64,000 nucleotides of DNA from Candidatus Omnitrophota bacterium (GCA_003141835.1 PLNR01000005.1:190289-254288), one strand, 5' to 3'; shown: positions 9,565 to 23,358, numbered from the stretch's first letter. A program made the numbers and translations. Notes: generated by a model from the letters alone, not told the origin.

Positions 9565-11663
9565 AGATAATATATATAATACCAAGGCTTAATCCGGGCG
9601 GCGTGGAGCTGGGTGTGGTCGATTACTCCTCGAGGATGGTAAAACTCGGCCACAATATCGTCGTCATATCCAACGGCGGGGAGTTGCTAAGGCAGCTCGA
9701 GGCCAACGGCATAAAACATTATACCCTCCCGGTCCACAGCAAGAACCCGCTGACCGTCCTCAGCATGATACCGGCGGTCAGGAAAATACTGGTGCAGGAG
9801 AAGGCCGATATCCTGAACGCGGAGAGCAGGGTCCCGGCGATAATAGGTTATTACGCGGCGCGGAGCGCCGGCGTCGTCTTCATCACTACCTGCCACGCAT
9901 ATTATTCGAAGAAGCCATTAAGTTTCAGCAAGGTCATGGGCTGGGGCAAGCTCGTCATCGCTGTAAGCCAGGTGATAGCCAAGCACATGATAGACAATTT
10001 CAACGTCCCGTTCCGCAGGATAAGGCTCGTCTACAGGGGCGTTGATGTCGAGAAATTCAAATACAGGGAGCCGGACGAGTCGGTAAAACATGAATATACG
10101 ATAGGCATAGTAGGCAGGCTGACGCCGATAAAAGGGCATAAATATTTCATACGGGCGGTATCGAAAGCGGTAAAATACGTCCCGCGCATCAAGGCCCTCA
10201 TCGTGGGCGATGCCCCGCCGGAGAAGGAGAAGTACAAACAGGAGCTTGAGAGTCTTGTGAACAGGCTCGGCCTCTCCAGGTATGTAGAATTCCTCGGCGG
10301 CAGGAGCGATATCCCGGACATCCTCGCCAGGCTCGACCTCCTCGTCATGGCGAGCATAGTGCCTGAGGGGTTCGGCAGGGTCGTGGTGGAAGCGTTCGCC
10401 TCCGGCGTGCCGGTAGTTGCGACCGGCGTGGGCGGGGTCATGGAGATAATGAGGGACGGCGAGAACGGGCTTATCGTCCCGCCGGAAGACCCGCAGCCTA
10501 TGGGCGATGCGATCGTGAGGCTGCTGAAGGACCGTAAATTCGCCAGGGAGATCGCGCAGCGCGCCAGGAAAGACGTCGAGGAGAGGTTCAATCTTGACAG
10601 GCTGATAACCGAGACGTTGAGGGTATACGAGGAGGCGCTCGAGGTAAAAAGGATACTTATAATAAAGATAAGCGCCGTCGGCGACTGCGTCCTCGCCACG
10701 CCTTCGATCCGCGCCATCCGCCGTAAATATCCAAAGGCATATATCGCGCTGCTGATAGGCAGGGTAGAGAGCCAGGCGCTTAAGGGATGCCCGTATATCG
10801 ACGAGATGATAATATATGACAGGGAAGGCAGGGATAAGGGATGGCTCAGGTTCTTCGAACTGGCCGCCGAGGTAAGAAGGTACGGCTTCGAGGAAGTGGT
10901 CGACCTCCAGAACAGCTCAAAGAGCCACCTCTTCGCTTTCCTCAGCGCGGCCCCGCACAGGTACGGATACAGGAAAGGGAAATACTGGTTCCTGCTTAAC
11001 AGGACTATAGGGGAAGCCAAAGGGCCGCTCGCGCCGGTAGACCACCAGTTCAGGGTGTTGTCGATGATGGGCATCGAGGACGCGCCGAAGAAACTCGAGC
11101 TCTGGCCTTCGGCCGCGGATATTGAAAATGTAAAAAATATGCTTGATGCGGAGTGGGTGGGCGAGAACCAGACGCTCATAGGGATAAATCCGTCGGCGAG
11201 CCCGCGCTGGGCCACTAAAAAATGGCCCGCCGAGAATTTCGCGAGGCTTTGCGACCTGCTGGGCGAGCGGGAGATCAGGACCGTCCTCATAGGCGGCAGG
11301 TCTGAAGCCGACGCGAAGGCCGCGGCCGATATATTATCGCTCGCGAGGTCGAAGCCCATAAACCTGGCCGGGAGGACGTCGCTCCCCGAACTCGCGGCGC
11401 TCGTGAAAAGGTTCAAGTGCCTCGTTACAAGCGACAGCGCGCCTATGCACATGGCTGCTGCCATGTCTACGCCTTTTGTGGCGCTATTCGGCCCGACCGA
11501 TCCCGACCGCCACCTGCCGCCTTCGGGAAATTGCGCGGTCGTAAAGCGGGAGTTAGGGTGTTCGCCGTGCTATAAACCTGTATGTTCGGATATAAGGTGC
11601 ATGAGGGAGATAACCGTGGAAGACGTGTTGAAAGCGATCGACGGGGTGATGTCGCCGAAATGA
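9561..11663 (+). CDS. GT4 glycosyltransferase fused to a GT9 heptosyltransferase
   Basis: N-part GGVE, EGFGRVVVEA; C-part ISAVGD, KKWP, SDSAPMH, FGPT, CSPC. Confidence 0.88.
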   Translation: MKIIYIIPRLNPGGVELGVVDYSSRMVKLGHNIVVISNGGELLRQLEANGIKHYTLPVHSKNPLTVLSMIPAVRKILVQEKADILNAESRVPAIIGYYAARSAGVVFITTCHAYYSKKPLSFSKVMGWGKLVIAVSQVIAKHMIDNFNVPFRRIRLVYRGVDVEKFKYREPDESVKHEYTIGIVGRLTPIKGHKYFIRAVSKAVKYVPRIKALIVGDAPPEKEKYKQELESLVNRLGLSRYVEFLGGRSDIPDILARLDLLVMASIVPEGFGRVVVEAFASGVPVVATGVGGVMEIMRDGENGLIVPPEDPQPMGDAIVRLLKDRKFAREIAQRARKDVEERFNLDRLITETLRVYEEALEVKRILIIKISAVGDCVLATPSIRAIRRKYPKAYIALLIGRVESQALKGCPYIDEMIIYDREGRDKGWLRFFELAAEVRRYGFEEVVDLQNSSKSHLFAFLSAAPHRYGYRKGKYWFLLNRTIGEAKGPLAPVDHQFRVLSMMGIEDAPKKLELWPSAADIENVKNMLDAEWVGENQTLIGINPSASPRWATKKWPAENFARLCDLLGEREIRTVLIGGRSEADAKAAADILSLARSKPINLAGRTSLPELAALVKRFKCLVTSDSAPMHMAAAMSTPFVALFGPTDPDRHLPPSGNCAVVKRELGCSPCYKPVCSDIRCMREITVEDVLKAIDGVMSPK

Positions 11664-12763
11664 GGATATTACTTGTAACGAGCAACCTGCGTATAGGGGG
11701 TATCGAAAGATATACCGTTACCCTGGCCAATGCCCTCCGGGAGATGGGGCATTCGGTCTTCGTGGCTTCGGCAGGAGGGGAGCTGGAGACACAGCTCTTG
11801 CCGGGGATCAAGGCGGTGAAGATCCCCCTGGGGACGAAATCGATCGCCAGCCCGAGGATAAGCGCGACCATCTTTAAATTATGGGAGTTAGTGAAAGAGG
11901 AGAAGATAGAGATAATACACGCCCAGACGAGGGTCGCGCAGTTCGCCGCATGCATAGTCTCCTGCATGACGAAGGTCCCTTATGTATCCACATGGCACGG
12001 TTTCTACAAGCCTCATTTTTTCAGGAAGGTCCTGCCTTGCTGGGGGGAAATGACGATAGCCATAAGTATGTCGGTCTATGACCACCTGAAAAATGATTTC
12101 CATAGGGACGAGAAGAAGATCCGGTTGATTTACAACGGGCTGGATATCTCAAGATTTGCGCGCGCATATACAGAGAAGGAAAAACAGGAAATAAGGAAAA
12201 GATATGGATTGAAAAGGGGTCCGGTTATCGGTATAATAGCGAGGCTTTCGGAAGAAAAGGGCCATATGGTCCTCGTCGAGGCGTTCAAATCCCTGCTCGA
12301 AGAGATCCCGGACGTCCAGTTGTTGATAGTCGGCAGCGGAAGGATCGAGGGCAAGATAAAGTCCAGGGTCTCGGAGCTCGGTATCGGGGCGAATGTGAAT
12401 TTCATCGGGAACACCCTGGATACCCACGACCTCCTTTCCGTGATGGATGTGTCGGTGAGGCCGAGCATAAAAGAAGGGTTCGGCCTGACCCTCGTCGAAG
12501 CTATGTTGATGGGCGTCCCGGTCGTTTCTTCCGATGTAGGCGATTTCAGGACGATGAATGAAGATTCGGAGATAGGGGTCTTGGCCGACCCGCTGGACAG
12601 CCGGAAACTCAAAGATGCTATCAAGATAATCTTGACCGACAGGGAATTTGCAATAAAGATAAGCGCTGCCGCGAAGAAATACGCCGAATCGCATTTTTCT
12701 GCGGATATGATGGCCAGGCAGGTGGAAAAGGTATACAGAGAGGTGATAGATGCGTCTAAGTAA
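11660..12763 (+). CDS. GT4 glycosyltransferase
   Basis: GGIE, EGFGLTLVEA; start moved to ATG 11660 (ATGA overlap with upstream stop). Confidence 0.88.
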   Translation: MRILLVTSNLRIGGIERYTVTLANALREMGHSVFVASAGGELETQLLPGIKAVKIPLGTKSIASPRISATIFKLWELVKEEKIEIIHAQTRVAQFAACIVSCMTKVPYVSTWHGFYKPHFFRKVLPCWGEMTIAISMSVYDHLKNDFHRDEKKIRLIYNGLDISRFARAYTEKEKQEIRKRYGLKRGPVIGIIARLSEEKGHMVLVEAFKSLLEEIPDVQLLIVGSGRIEGKIKSRVSELGIGANVNFIGNTLDTHDLLSVMDVSVRPSIKEGFGLTLVEAMLMGVPVVSSDVGDFRTMNEDSEIGVLADPLDSRKLKDAIKIILTDREFAIKISAAAKKYAESHFSADMMARQVEKVYREVIDASK

Positions 12764-13559
12764 TTCAAGGAAGATAACCATAATAATCGTCTTGGCTGCG
12801 GCCGCGGTCCTGTATTTCGGCGGGCGCAGTTCCCTTGAGAAGTGTTATTACCCGCCGATACTCATGTACCACTCGATCGACGACCATGGTTCAAAGCTTA
12901 AGTTGAGCGTCCCGGTAAAAGAGCTGCGGGCGCAGATGAAATATCTCAGGGACAAAAAATATGACATAGTTTCGTCCGCGCAGCTTGCTGAAATGATAAA
13001 AAGCGGGGAAAAAATACCGCACAATATCGTGGCGGTGACCTTAGATGACGGCTACATGGATAATTACGTGAACGCATTCCCGATATTTAAGGAGTATAAG
13101 ATACCCGCGACCATCTTCGTCATCTCCGGTTCCATAGGAAAGCCGGATTTCCTTACGGCGGCGCAGATGAAGGAGATGTCTGACGCGGGCATCGATATCG
13201 AGAGCCATTCGGTCACGCATCCCTTTATAGAAGGGCTTACGCCGGACGGGTTCAAGAAGGAAGTTGTCGAATCCAAGAAGGCGATAGAGAAGATCACCGG
13301 CAAATCCGTAGATACTTTTTGTTACCCTTACGGCGGGTTCAAGGATTTTGCGCCGGATGTGCTGAAGGACGCGGGATACGATGCGGCATTCGTGACCATG
13401 CCCCGCGATAACTCGATAGCCGTCGATGCCTACCGGTTAAAACGCGTGAAGATCGCTTCAGGCCCGTTTGGTTCGCTGGATTTCAGGATAAAGGCATCGG
13501 GATACTACATGTGGTTTAAGGCGCACAGGTGGAAAAAGAAAAAATCGACAGAATACTGA
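12750..13559 (+). CDS. Polysaccharide deacetylase (CE4)
   Basis: N-terminal TM/signal, PILMYH, TLDDGY, SHSVTH, FCYPYG. Confidence 0.88.
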   Translation: MRLSNSRKITIIIVLAAAAVLYFGGRSSLEKCYYPPILMYHSIDDHGSKLKLSVPVKELRAQMKYLRDKKYDIVSSAQLAEMIKSGEKIPHNIVAVTLDDGYMDNYVNAFPIFKEYKIPATIFVISGSIGKPDFLTAAQMKEMSDAGIDIESHSVTHPFIEGLTPDGFKKEVVESKKAIEKITGKSVDTFCYPYGGFKDFAPDVLKDAGYDAAFVTMPRDNSIAVDAYRLKRVKIASGPFGSLDFRIKASGYYMWFKAHRWKKKKSTEY

Positions 13560-14572
13560 TAGTCAACGTCAACTGGATAGGGGACGTCCTCTTCTCTACG
13601 CCTGCCATACGCGCTCTGCGTAAACATTATCCAAGCGCGCATATAGCCTGCATGGTCGTACCCCGCTGCAAAGACGTGCTCGAGTTGAACCCGCACCTGG
13701 ACGAGCTGATAATATACGACGAGAAGGGGGAGACCAAAGGGCTGATAAGCAAGTTAAAGCTCATCTCGGCCCTCAAAGCGCGCCGTTTCGATTGCGTCTT
13801 CCTGTTCCACCGGTCGCTTACCCGGACCCTTATGGTCGCGCTCTCCGGGATAAAGGAGCGCGTAGGGATAGACAACCCGAAAAGGGGTTTCCTCCTTTCG
13901 AAGAGGATAAAACCCCAGCCGTCAGATATCCATAAAGTCGAGCAGTTCCTTAATATAGTGAAAGTGATCACGGGCGAGGATGACGGCAAGAGCATGGAGT
14001 TATTTACCGGCAAGGAAGACGAGGATTTCGCCGTCGAGTTCCTGAAATCGAACGGCATAGGAGCCGGCGGCCGGTTCATAATATTGAATCCCGGCGGAAA
14101 TTGGGACCCGAAGCGCTGGCCTTCCGAGAATTTCGCCGCGCTGGGCGACAAGCTGTACGAAAAGTATAACGTGCCCATTATTATTACCGGGGCGGAGAAA
14201 GACATCGAATTGGGCAAGAAGATATACGGCATGATGGAGCATAAGCCGGTCATCTCCGCCGGCAAGACCACCCTAAGGCAGCTGGCCGCGATAATGAAAC
14301 GCGCTTCACTCGTCATTTCGAATGATTCCGGCCCGATGCACATAGCGGTGAGCCAGGGAGCCAGGACGATAGCGATATTCGGCCCTACCGATCCCAAGAT
14401 CACCGGGCCGTACGGCGACGGGAAATATACGGTCATACAGAAGAGTTCAGGGAAGCCCGGATGCGAGATCCCGTGTTATAACCTGAGGTGCGAAGATGCC
14501 CTTTGCATGAAGGCCGTTACCGTGGAGGATGTCATGCGGGAGGCGGAGAAGCTCCTCGAATGGAAGACGTAA
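13529..14572 (+). CDS. waaF: LPS heptosyltransferase II-like (GT9)
   Basis: NWIGDV, KRWP, NDSGPMH, FGPT, C-terminal Cys cluster; symbol is tentative among four paralogs. Confidence 0.75.
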   Translation: MEKEKIDRILIVNVNWIGDVLFSTPAIRALRKHYPSAHIACMVVPRCKDVLELNPHLDELIIYDEKGETKGLISKLKLISALKARRFDCVFLFHRSLTRTLMVALSGIKERVGIDNPKRGFLLSKRIKPQPSDIHKVEQFLNIVKVITGEDDGKSMELFTGKEDEDFAVEFLKSNGIGAGGRFIILNPGGNWDPKRWPSENFAALGDKLYEKYNVPIIITGAEKDIELGKKIYGMMEHKPVISAGKTTLRQLAAIMKRASLVISNDSGPMHIAVSQGARTIAIFGPTDPKITGPYGDGKYTVIQKSSGKPGCEIPCYNLRCEDALCMKAVTVEDVMREAEKLLEWKT

Positions 14573-15549
14573 AAAAGATACTCGTAGTAACGCTTAGCAA
14601 TATCGGCGATGTTGTCCTGACACTGCCGGTCATCGGCTCGCTGCGGGAAAATTTCAAGGACGCGACCATAGATGTAGTAGCGGGGTCACGTGCCTCCGAA
14701 CTCCTCGAGGCCGACCCGCGCATAGGGAAGTTGTATGTCTATGACAAGTCCTCGACGCTGGCCTCCAAAATAATGCTTTTGGCCCGCCTTAGGCGCAACA
14801 GGTACGACCTGCTCGTCGACCTGCGCAACAGCCTCTTCGGTCTTTTCGTGGGAGCGAGATACTGCCCCGCTGAGGCGGGACTTTGCAATAAAAGGTCGAA
14901 AGGCGGGACCGGAGAGGTCTGCCATAAGATAGACGAACATTTGGCGAAGATAAGGGAGTTAGGCGTTGCCGCAGGCGGGCCGTATCCCGTATGGATAGGC
15001 AGGGAGGATTCCGAAAGGGCGTCGAGGCTGTTGACCGAAAAGGGGATACTCGGAGACGATAAATATATATGCGTGAGCCCCGGCGCGAAGAGCCATATTA
15101 AGAGGTGGAGGGAAGACGGGTTTGCCGAGGCATGCGATATGCTGATCGACGCCTTCAAGGTGAAGATTGTGTTCGTCGGAGATGCCTCCGATAAAGAGAT
15201 CTGCGAAAAGATACTGGGAAAGATGAGGAATTACGCGGTATCCGCGGCCGGCCTGACGAACCTGCGCGAGCTGGCGTATATCATAAAGAGGTCGCAGCTC
15301 CTCGTGACCAACGACAGCGCCCCCCTGCATATAGCGGGTTCTGTCGGTACGCCCGCGGTCGCGATATTCGGGCCGACCGACAGCAGGAAGTACGGGCCCA
15401 GGCCAGGCGCCGGGTCCGCGGTATTTAAGGAGCTCCATTGCTCGCCGTGTGAAACGGCATTGTGCAGGTATAACCTCGAATGCATGAAGGCCGTCAGCGC
15501 CGATGAGGTCTTTGACGCGGCGAAGAAGATACTCGATGAAAGAAAATAA
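14560..15549 (+). CDS. GT9 glycosyltransferase
   Basis: SNIGDV, KRW, NDSAPLH, FGPT, CSPC; start moved to ATG 14560. Confidence 0.85.
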   Translation: MEDVKKILVVTLSNIGDVVLTLPVIGSLRENFKDATIDVVAGSRASELLEADPRIGKLYVYDKSSTLASKIMLLARLRRNRYDLLVDLRNSLFGLFVGARYCPAEAGLCNKRSKGGTGEVCHKIDEHLAKIRELGVAAGGPYPVWIGREDSERASRLLTEKGILGDDKYICVSPGAKSHIKRWREDGFAEACDMLIDAFKVKIVFVGDASDKEICEKILGKMRNYAVSAAGLTNLRELAYIIKRSQLLVTNDSAPLHIAGSVGTPAVAIFGPTDSRKYGPRPGAGSAVFKELHCSPCETALCRYNLECMKAVSADEVFDAAKKILDERK

Positions 15550-16582
15550 AAGAAAATACAGGATACTGGTCGTCAGGATGGACAGGATAGGCGACGTCCT
15601 CCTTTCCACCCCGGCGATAAAAGCCGTAAGGGAGGCGCATCCAAACGCCCACATAGCGGCCATGGTGCAGCCGTATGTGGAGGATATCGTCGACGGCAAC
15701 CCCTACCTGGACGAGGTCATACTCTACGACAAGGATAATAAGCATAAAGGGTTCTTCGGCAGCCTGGCTTTAATACTGGAGTTGAGGAGGAAGGGTTTTG
15801 ATCTCGCGATAATCCTGCATCCGACGGTCAGGTCCAACCTCGTGGCTTTCCTGGCCGGTATACGGGAGCGTGTCGGTTACGACAGGAACTGGGGTTTTCT
15901 CCTGACGAAGCGGATAAAGGACACGAAGCATCTCGGCGAGAAACACGAGATAGATTATAATTTTGACGTCCTCCGCGCGGCCGGAATAACGGCGAAAGAC
16001 AGGGCTTTGTACATGCCCGTAAAACCCGAATACGAGAGGGTGATCGCCAGGTTCCTGGCGTTAAACGACCTCGGCAGTAAGGATGTCATAGTCGCGGTCC
16101 ATCCCGGCGCGAGCTGCCGTTCGAAACGCTGGCCCGCGTACAGGTTCGGGCGGGTGGCCGACGAACTGATGGACAAGTATAACATAAAGATAGTCATAAT
16201 CGGCGGGCCGTCCGACGTCAATACGGTAAAGGAAGTCGAGACCGGGATGCTCCATAAGCCCATAGTATTATCCGAAGAACACTCGCTCGGCGAGGTCGCC
16301 GCGCTGCTTAAGAAATGCAAACTGCTTATCTCGAACGATTCCGGGCCGGTCCATATCGCGGTCGCGGTCGGGACGCCGGTCATCTCGATATTCGGCCGCC
16401 TCGATCCGGGGCTCTCCCCGCAGAGGTGGGGGCCTGTCGGCCAGTACGACATCGTCATCCATAAAGATGTAGGATGCGAGGAATGCCTCGCCCACAACTG
16501 CAAACTCAGCTTCAAATGCCTCGACGCCATCACAGTCGAGGAAGTCTTCTCCGCCGCAGAACGCCTCCTCACCAGGGACTGA
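15536..16582 (+). CDS. GT9 glycosyltransferase
   Basis: DRIGDV, KRWP, NDSGPVH, Cys cluster; start moved to ATG 15536. Confidence 0.85.
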   Translation: MKENKRKYRILVVRMDRIGDVLLSTPAIKAVREAHPNAHIAAMVQPYVEDIVDGNPYLDEVILYDKDNKHKGFFGSLALILELRRKGFDLAIILHPTVRSNLVAFLAGIRERVGYDRNWGFLLTKRIKDTKHLGEKHEIDYNFDVLRAAGITAKDRALYMPVKPEYERVIARFLALNDLGSKDVIVAVHPGASCRSKRWPAYRFGRVADELMDKYNIKIVIIGGPSDVNTVKEVETGMLHKPIVLSEEHSLGEVAALLKKCKLLISNDSGPVHIAVAVGTPVISIFGRLDPGLSPQRWGPVGQYDIVIHKDVGCEECLAHNCKLSFKCLDAITVEEVFSAAERLLTRD

Positions 16583-16622
16583 CAGCCCCCTTACACAACC
16601 CGCTGTGATGAAAGGATATGGA

Positions 16623-16651
16623 TTGACATCCCGCCGGGTTGGTGGTAAACT
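16623..16651 (+). promoter_or_regulatory. Sigma70-type promoter for the hldD block
   Basis: TTGACA-17 bp-TAAACT with extended -10 TG, in an intergenic gap. Confidence 0.7.
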
Positions 16652-16676
16652 TTGGAAGAACAAGGGGTTATCAATA

Positions 16677-17594
16677 ATGAAATTCCTGGTGACAGGGGCC
16701 GCGGGCCTGATCGGCTCCAACCTCGCTTTAGAACTCCAAAAACACGGCAAAGTCATCGCCTTGGACGACCTTTCAGAGGGCAAGAGGGAGAACCTCGCCC
16801 GCTACGACGGCGATTTCATGCACGCCGATATCCGCAACGCGAATTACCCGAAATTCCTCAAAGAATGCGACGCGATATTCCATGAGGCCGCGATAACCGA
16901 CACCACGGTCACCGACAGGAACCTGATGTTCTCGGTCAACGTCGACGCCTTCAAGCGCCTACTTATTTACGCGAAATCCATCGGCTGCAAAAAGATAGTC
17001 TATGCCTCAAGCGCCGCGACTTACGGGAAAGGCAAGGTCCCGATGAAAGAGGCCGACAGGCCGGCCCCGGCTAACATCTACGGCGAGAGCAAGGTCAGGA
17101 TGGAACAGGCCGCGAAGGCCTTCGTGAAGGAGAATCCGGATTTCTCGGTCATCGGCCTGCGGTATTTCAACGTATATGGCCCGGGCGAGACGCACAAGAA
17201 AAAGGCCGCAAGCATGATCTACCAGCTATACCTGCAGATGGCGGCGGGAAAGAGCCCGAGGATATTCAAGTGGGGCGAACAGTACCGCGATTTCGTATAC
17301 GTCAAAGATGTGGTCGGCGCGAATTTGAAAGCCTTAAAATATAATAAGAGCGGCGTATTCAACGTCGGGACCGGCGAGCCGAATACTTTCAATAAGGTGA
17401 TAGAAGTCCTGGATAAGGCGATGAAGAAAAACCTGCAGCCGGAGTATTTCGACAACCCCTACGGTTTTTACCAGGACAGGACGCACGCGGACATGTCCTG
17501 GAGCAGGGCCGAACTTAAGTTCATCCCCCAATACGGCGTCGAAAAAGGCATAAAAGATTATGTATCCATCCTCAAAAAAAAGAAAAGGCGCTGA
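16677..17594 (+). CDS. hldD: ADP-L-glycero-D-manno-heptose 6-epimerase
   Basis: VTGAAGLIGS, YASSAATYG, YGESK, LRYFNVYGP, RDFVYV; LPS context; start at ATG 16677. Confidence 0.85.
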   Translation: MKFLVTGAAGLIGSNLALELQKHGKVIALDDLSEGKRENLARYDGDFMHADIRNANYPKFLKECDAIFHEAAITDTTVTDRNLMFSVNVDAFKRLLIYAKSIGCKKIVYASSAATYGKGKVPMKEADRPAPANIYGESKVRMEQAAKAFVKENPDFSVIGLRYFNVYGPGETHKKKAASMIYQLYLQMAAGKSPRIFKWGEQYRDFVYVKDVVGANLKALKYNKSGVFNVGTGEPNTFNKVIEVLDKAMKKNLQPEYFDNPYGFYQDRTHADMSWSRAELKFIPQYGVEKGIKDYVSILKKKKRR

Positions 17595-17595
17595 T

Positions 17596-18600
17596 ATGCT
17601 AAAGCATGACGACCTCTCGAAAATAGAGCATACGATATCGAAATTCAACGGCTTGAAGATACTGGTCATCGGCGACCTGATACTGGACGAGTTCATCTGG
17701 GGCGATTCGTCGAGGATCTCGCCGGAGGCGCCGGTGCCTGTCGTCCTGGTCGAGCGCGAGTCGCTTATGCCGGGCGGCGCGGCTAACGTAGCGAACAACA
17801 TCAGCGCGATCGGGGCGAAAGCATATCTCGCCGGCGTGGTCGGCAAAGACGAACACGGCCGGCAGCTCGAGACCATCCTGAGGAAAAAGGGCGTAAACAT
17901 AGAGGGCATCGTCTCGGATCCCGGCAGGCCCACGACATTGAAGACGAGGGTTGTAGCGCGCCACCAGCAGGTCGTAAGGATAGACCGGGAGAATTCCAGC
18001 CATTTAAGCGGGCCGGTCCATAAGGAACTCGCGGATTATATAAAGAGAAAGATAAAAGATGTCGACGGCATAATAATAGAGGATTACGGCAAGGGGGTCA
18101 TAACCCCGGCCGTCCTGAAAGAGGTGATCCCGCTTGCGAGGAAATACAGGAAAGTGATAGCCGTCGACCCGAAGGAAGAGCATATTTCATATTACAAAGG
18201 GGTGACCGTCATAACTCCCAACCGCAAAGAGGCGGAGGCGATGGGCGGCATAAAGGCCTCTGACGACGCGTCATTGGACAGGCTGGGCCGGTCCCTCCTC
18301 GAAAGGTTAAAACTGCAGGCTGCGCTCATCACATTGGGCGAACAGGGCATGCGGCTCTTCGAGCGCGGAGGCAGGATAACGCATATCCCGACGGTTGCGC
18401 AGGAGGTATTTGACGTATCGGGCGCCGGGGACACGGTGATCGCGGTCTTCGCGGCGGCTTTATGCGCCGGCGCGAAGATGATAGAGGCCGCGCATATATC
18501 CAATTTCGCCGGAGGGATAGTGGTAGGCAAGGTCGGCGTCGCGACGACATCGCAGGCGGAATTGAAAGCGCGCATAAAAGACCACCATTGGCAGGCTTAA
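17596..18600 (+). CDS. rfaE1: D-glycero-beta-D-manno-heptose-7-phosphate kinase (RfaE1/HldE kinase domain)
   Basis: RISPEAPVPV, PGGAANVA, DYGKG, DVSGAGDTV. Confidence 0.92.
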   Translation: MLKHDDLSKIEHTISKFNGLKILVIGDLILDEFIWGDSSRISPEAPVPVVLVERESLMPGGAANVANNISAIGAKAYLAGVVGKDEHGRQLETILRKKGVNIEGIVSDPGRPTTLKTRVVARHQQVVRIDRENSSHLSGPVHKELADYIKRKIKDVDGIIIEDYGKGVITPAVLKEVIPLARKYRKVIAVDPKEEHISYYKGVTVITPNRKEAEAMGGIKASDDASLDRLGRSLLERLKLQAALITLGEQGMRLFERGGRITHIPTVAQEVFDVSGAGDTVIAVFAAALCAGAKMIEAAHISNFAGGIVVGKVGVATTSQAELKARIKDHHWQA

Positions 18601-18603
18601 GTA

Positions 18604-21781
<3,178 letters not shown>

Positions 21782-21785
21782 GGAT

Positions 21786-22742
21786 ATGATGAAGCGGGCG
21801 AAGGAAGTACTCAGGATCGAGGCCGACGCGGTCTCCTCGCTTATAAAGCGGGTCGACGCGAATTTTGAAAAGGCGGTCAGGTTGATGCTTGCCTGCAAAG
21901 GCAAGGTGGTCGTGACCGGAATGGGAAAACCCGGCTTTATAAGCGCAAAAATTTCGGCGACATTGTCGTCTACCGGGACGCCCAGCCTATACCTGCATCC
22001 GGCCGACGCGATACACGGCGACCTGGGCAGGGTCACGAAAGACGATGTCGTCCTGGCCATATCGAATTCCGGAGAGACCGAGGAGATAATGAGGCTCCTG
22101 CCGACTTTAAGGAAGATCGGCGCTAAGCTCATAGCCATGGTAGGGAATACGGAATCCTCGCTCGCAAGGTACAGCGATGTCGTGCTTAACGTTGCGGTCA
22201 AGAGGGAGGCGTGTCCCCTGAACCTCGCGCCTACCGCTTCGACGACAGCGATGCTCGCCTTTGGGGATGCGCTCGCGATAGCGCTTCTCGACCGCCGCGG
22301 TTTTAAAGAAGAAGATTTTGCGTTCTATCATCCGGGCGGCTCCCTGGGCAAGAGGCTTATCCTCAAGGTCGGAGATATCATGAGGAAAGGCAAAGCAAAC
22401 CCTGTGGTGAAAGAGGACGAGAAGGTAAAGACCGTCCTCCTTAAGATAACCGAGGCGAGGGCCGGTTCGGCAGGCGTCGTTAACAAGAAAGGTGTTCTCG
22501 TCGGCATATTCACCGACGGCGACCTGAGGCGGCATCTGGGCAAGGACGCTGCACTCCCGCTCAGGCAGGTCAGGGAGGTCATGACCAGGAGCCCTATCAC
22601 GATATCGAAAGAGATGCTCGCCGCGGACGCGTTCCGGATCCTGCGCGAGAAGAAGATAGACGAGATACCGGTCGTCGATGGTAAGAGGAGGCCCATAGGC
22701 CTTGTCGACGTGCAGGACCTCCTGAAGGCGGGGCTCGTTTAG
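21786..22742 (+). CDS. kdsD: Arabinose-5-phosphate isomerase (SIS + 2 CBS)
   Basis: HGDLG, SNSGET, APTASTT, HPGGSLG, TDGDLRR. Confidence 0.95.
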   Translation: MMKRAKEVLRIEADAVSSLIKRVDANFEKAVRLMLACKGKVVVTGMGKPGFISAKISATLSSTGTPSLYLHPADAIHGDLGRVTKDDVVLAISNSGETEEIMRLLPTLRKIGAKLIAMVGNTESSLARYSDVVLNVAVKREACPLNLAPTASTTAMLAFGDALAIALLDRRGFKEEDFAFYHPGGSLGKRLILKVGDIMRKGKANPVVKEDEKVKTVLLKITEARAGSAGVVNKKGVLVGIFTDGDLRRHLGKDAALPLRQVREVMTRSPITISKEMLAADAFRILREKKIDEIPVVDGKRRPIGLVDVQDLLKAGLV

Positions 22743-22743
22743 G

Positions 22744-23244
22744 ATGGATATCCGCGAAAGGGCAGCCGGGATAAAGCTGCTTATCCTGGACGTCGACGGC
22801 GTGATGACCGACGGCAGGATAATATACGACAACTACGGCGACGAATTCAAGGCGTTCGACGTGCAGGACGGATACGGCCTCACGCTGTGGTGGAGGGCCG
22901 GCTTGAAGTCCGCTATCGTGACCGCCAAGAAATCCCGCATAGTCTCCCGCAGGGGCAAGACCTGCCATATCACCAAGGTCTTCATGAACGCGAAAGACAA
23001 AGGCGCGGTCTATGAAAAACTCCTTAAGATCTTCAAGATCACCGACGCAGAGGCGTGCTTCATCGGTGACGACCTCATAGACATGCCCATTATGAAGCGC
23101 GCCGGCCTCGCCGTTGCTGTCCCGTACAGCCGGCCCGAGGTCAAAGCAGCCGCGCATTACGTCACCCAGGCCGGAAGCGGCCGCGGCGCGATAAGGGAGC
23201 TCATAGAGCTCATCCTCAAGACCCAGGGTAAGTGGCCGGAATAA
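22744..23244 (+). CDS. kdsC: Kdo-8-phosphate phosphatase (HAD)
   Basis: DVDGVMTDG, DGYG, GDDLID, GRGAIRE. Confidence 0.93.
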   Translation: MDIRERAAGIKLLILDVDGVMTDGRIIYDNYGDEFKAFDVQDGYGLTLWWRAGLKSAIVTAKKSRIVSRRGKTCHITKVFMNAKDKGAVYEKLLKIFKITDAEACFIGDDLIDMPIMKRAGLAVAVPYSRPEVKAAAHYVTQAGSGRGAIRELIELILKTQGKWPE

Positions 23245-23262
23245 GCTTCCTCCCAAAATACG

Positions 23263-23291
23263 TTGACAAAAAAATTCCACTCACGTATACT
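23263..23291 (+). promoter_or_regulatory. Sigma70-type promoter for the pilin cluster
   Basis: TTGACA-17 bp-TATACT in an AT-rich intergenic gap. Confidence 0.8.
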
Positions 23292-23358
23292 ATTTAATTG
23301 GAACGAGTTAGCAATTTAAAAAGTCGTAAAAAAGCAGCCCTTCTTACAAGGAGTGTTG

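Noticed and set aside
10031-11464. 477-aa minus-strand ORF
   Set aside because: Antisense shadow of the GT4-GT9 gene; Ser-rich with no recognisable motif
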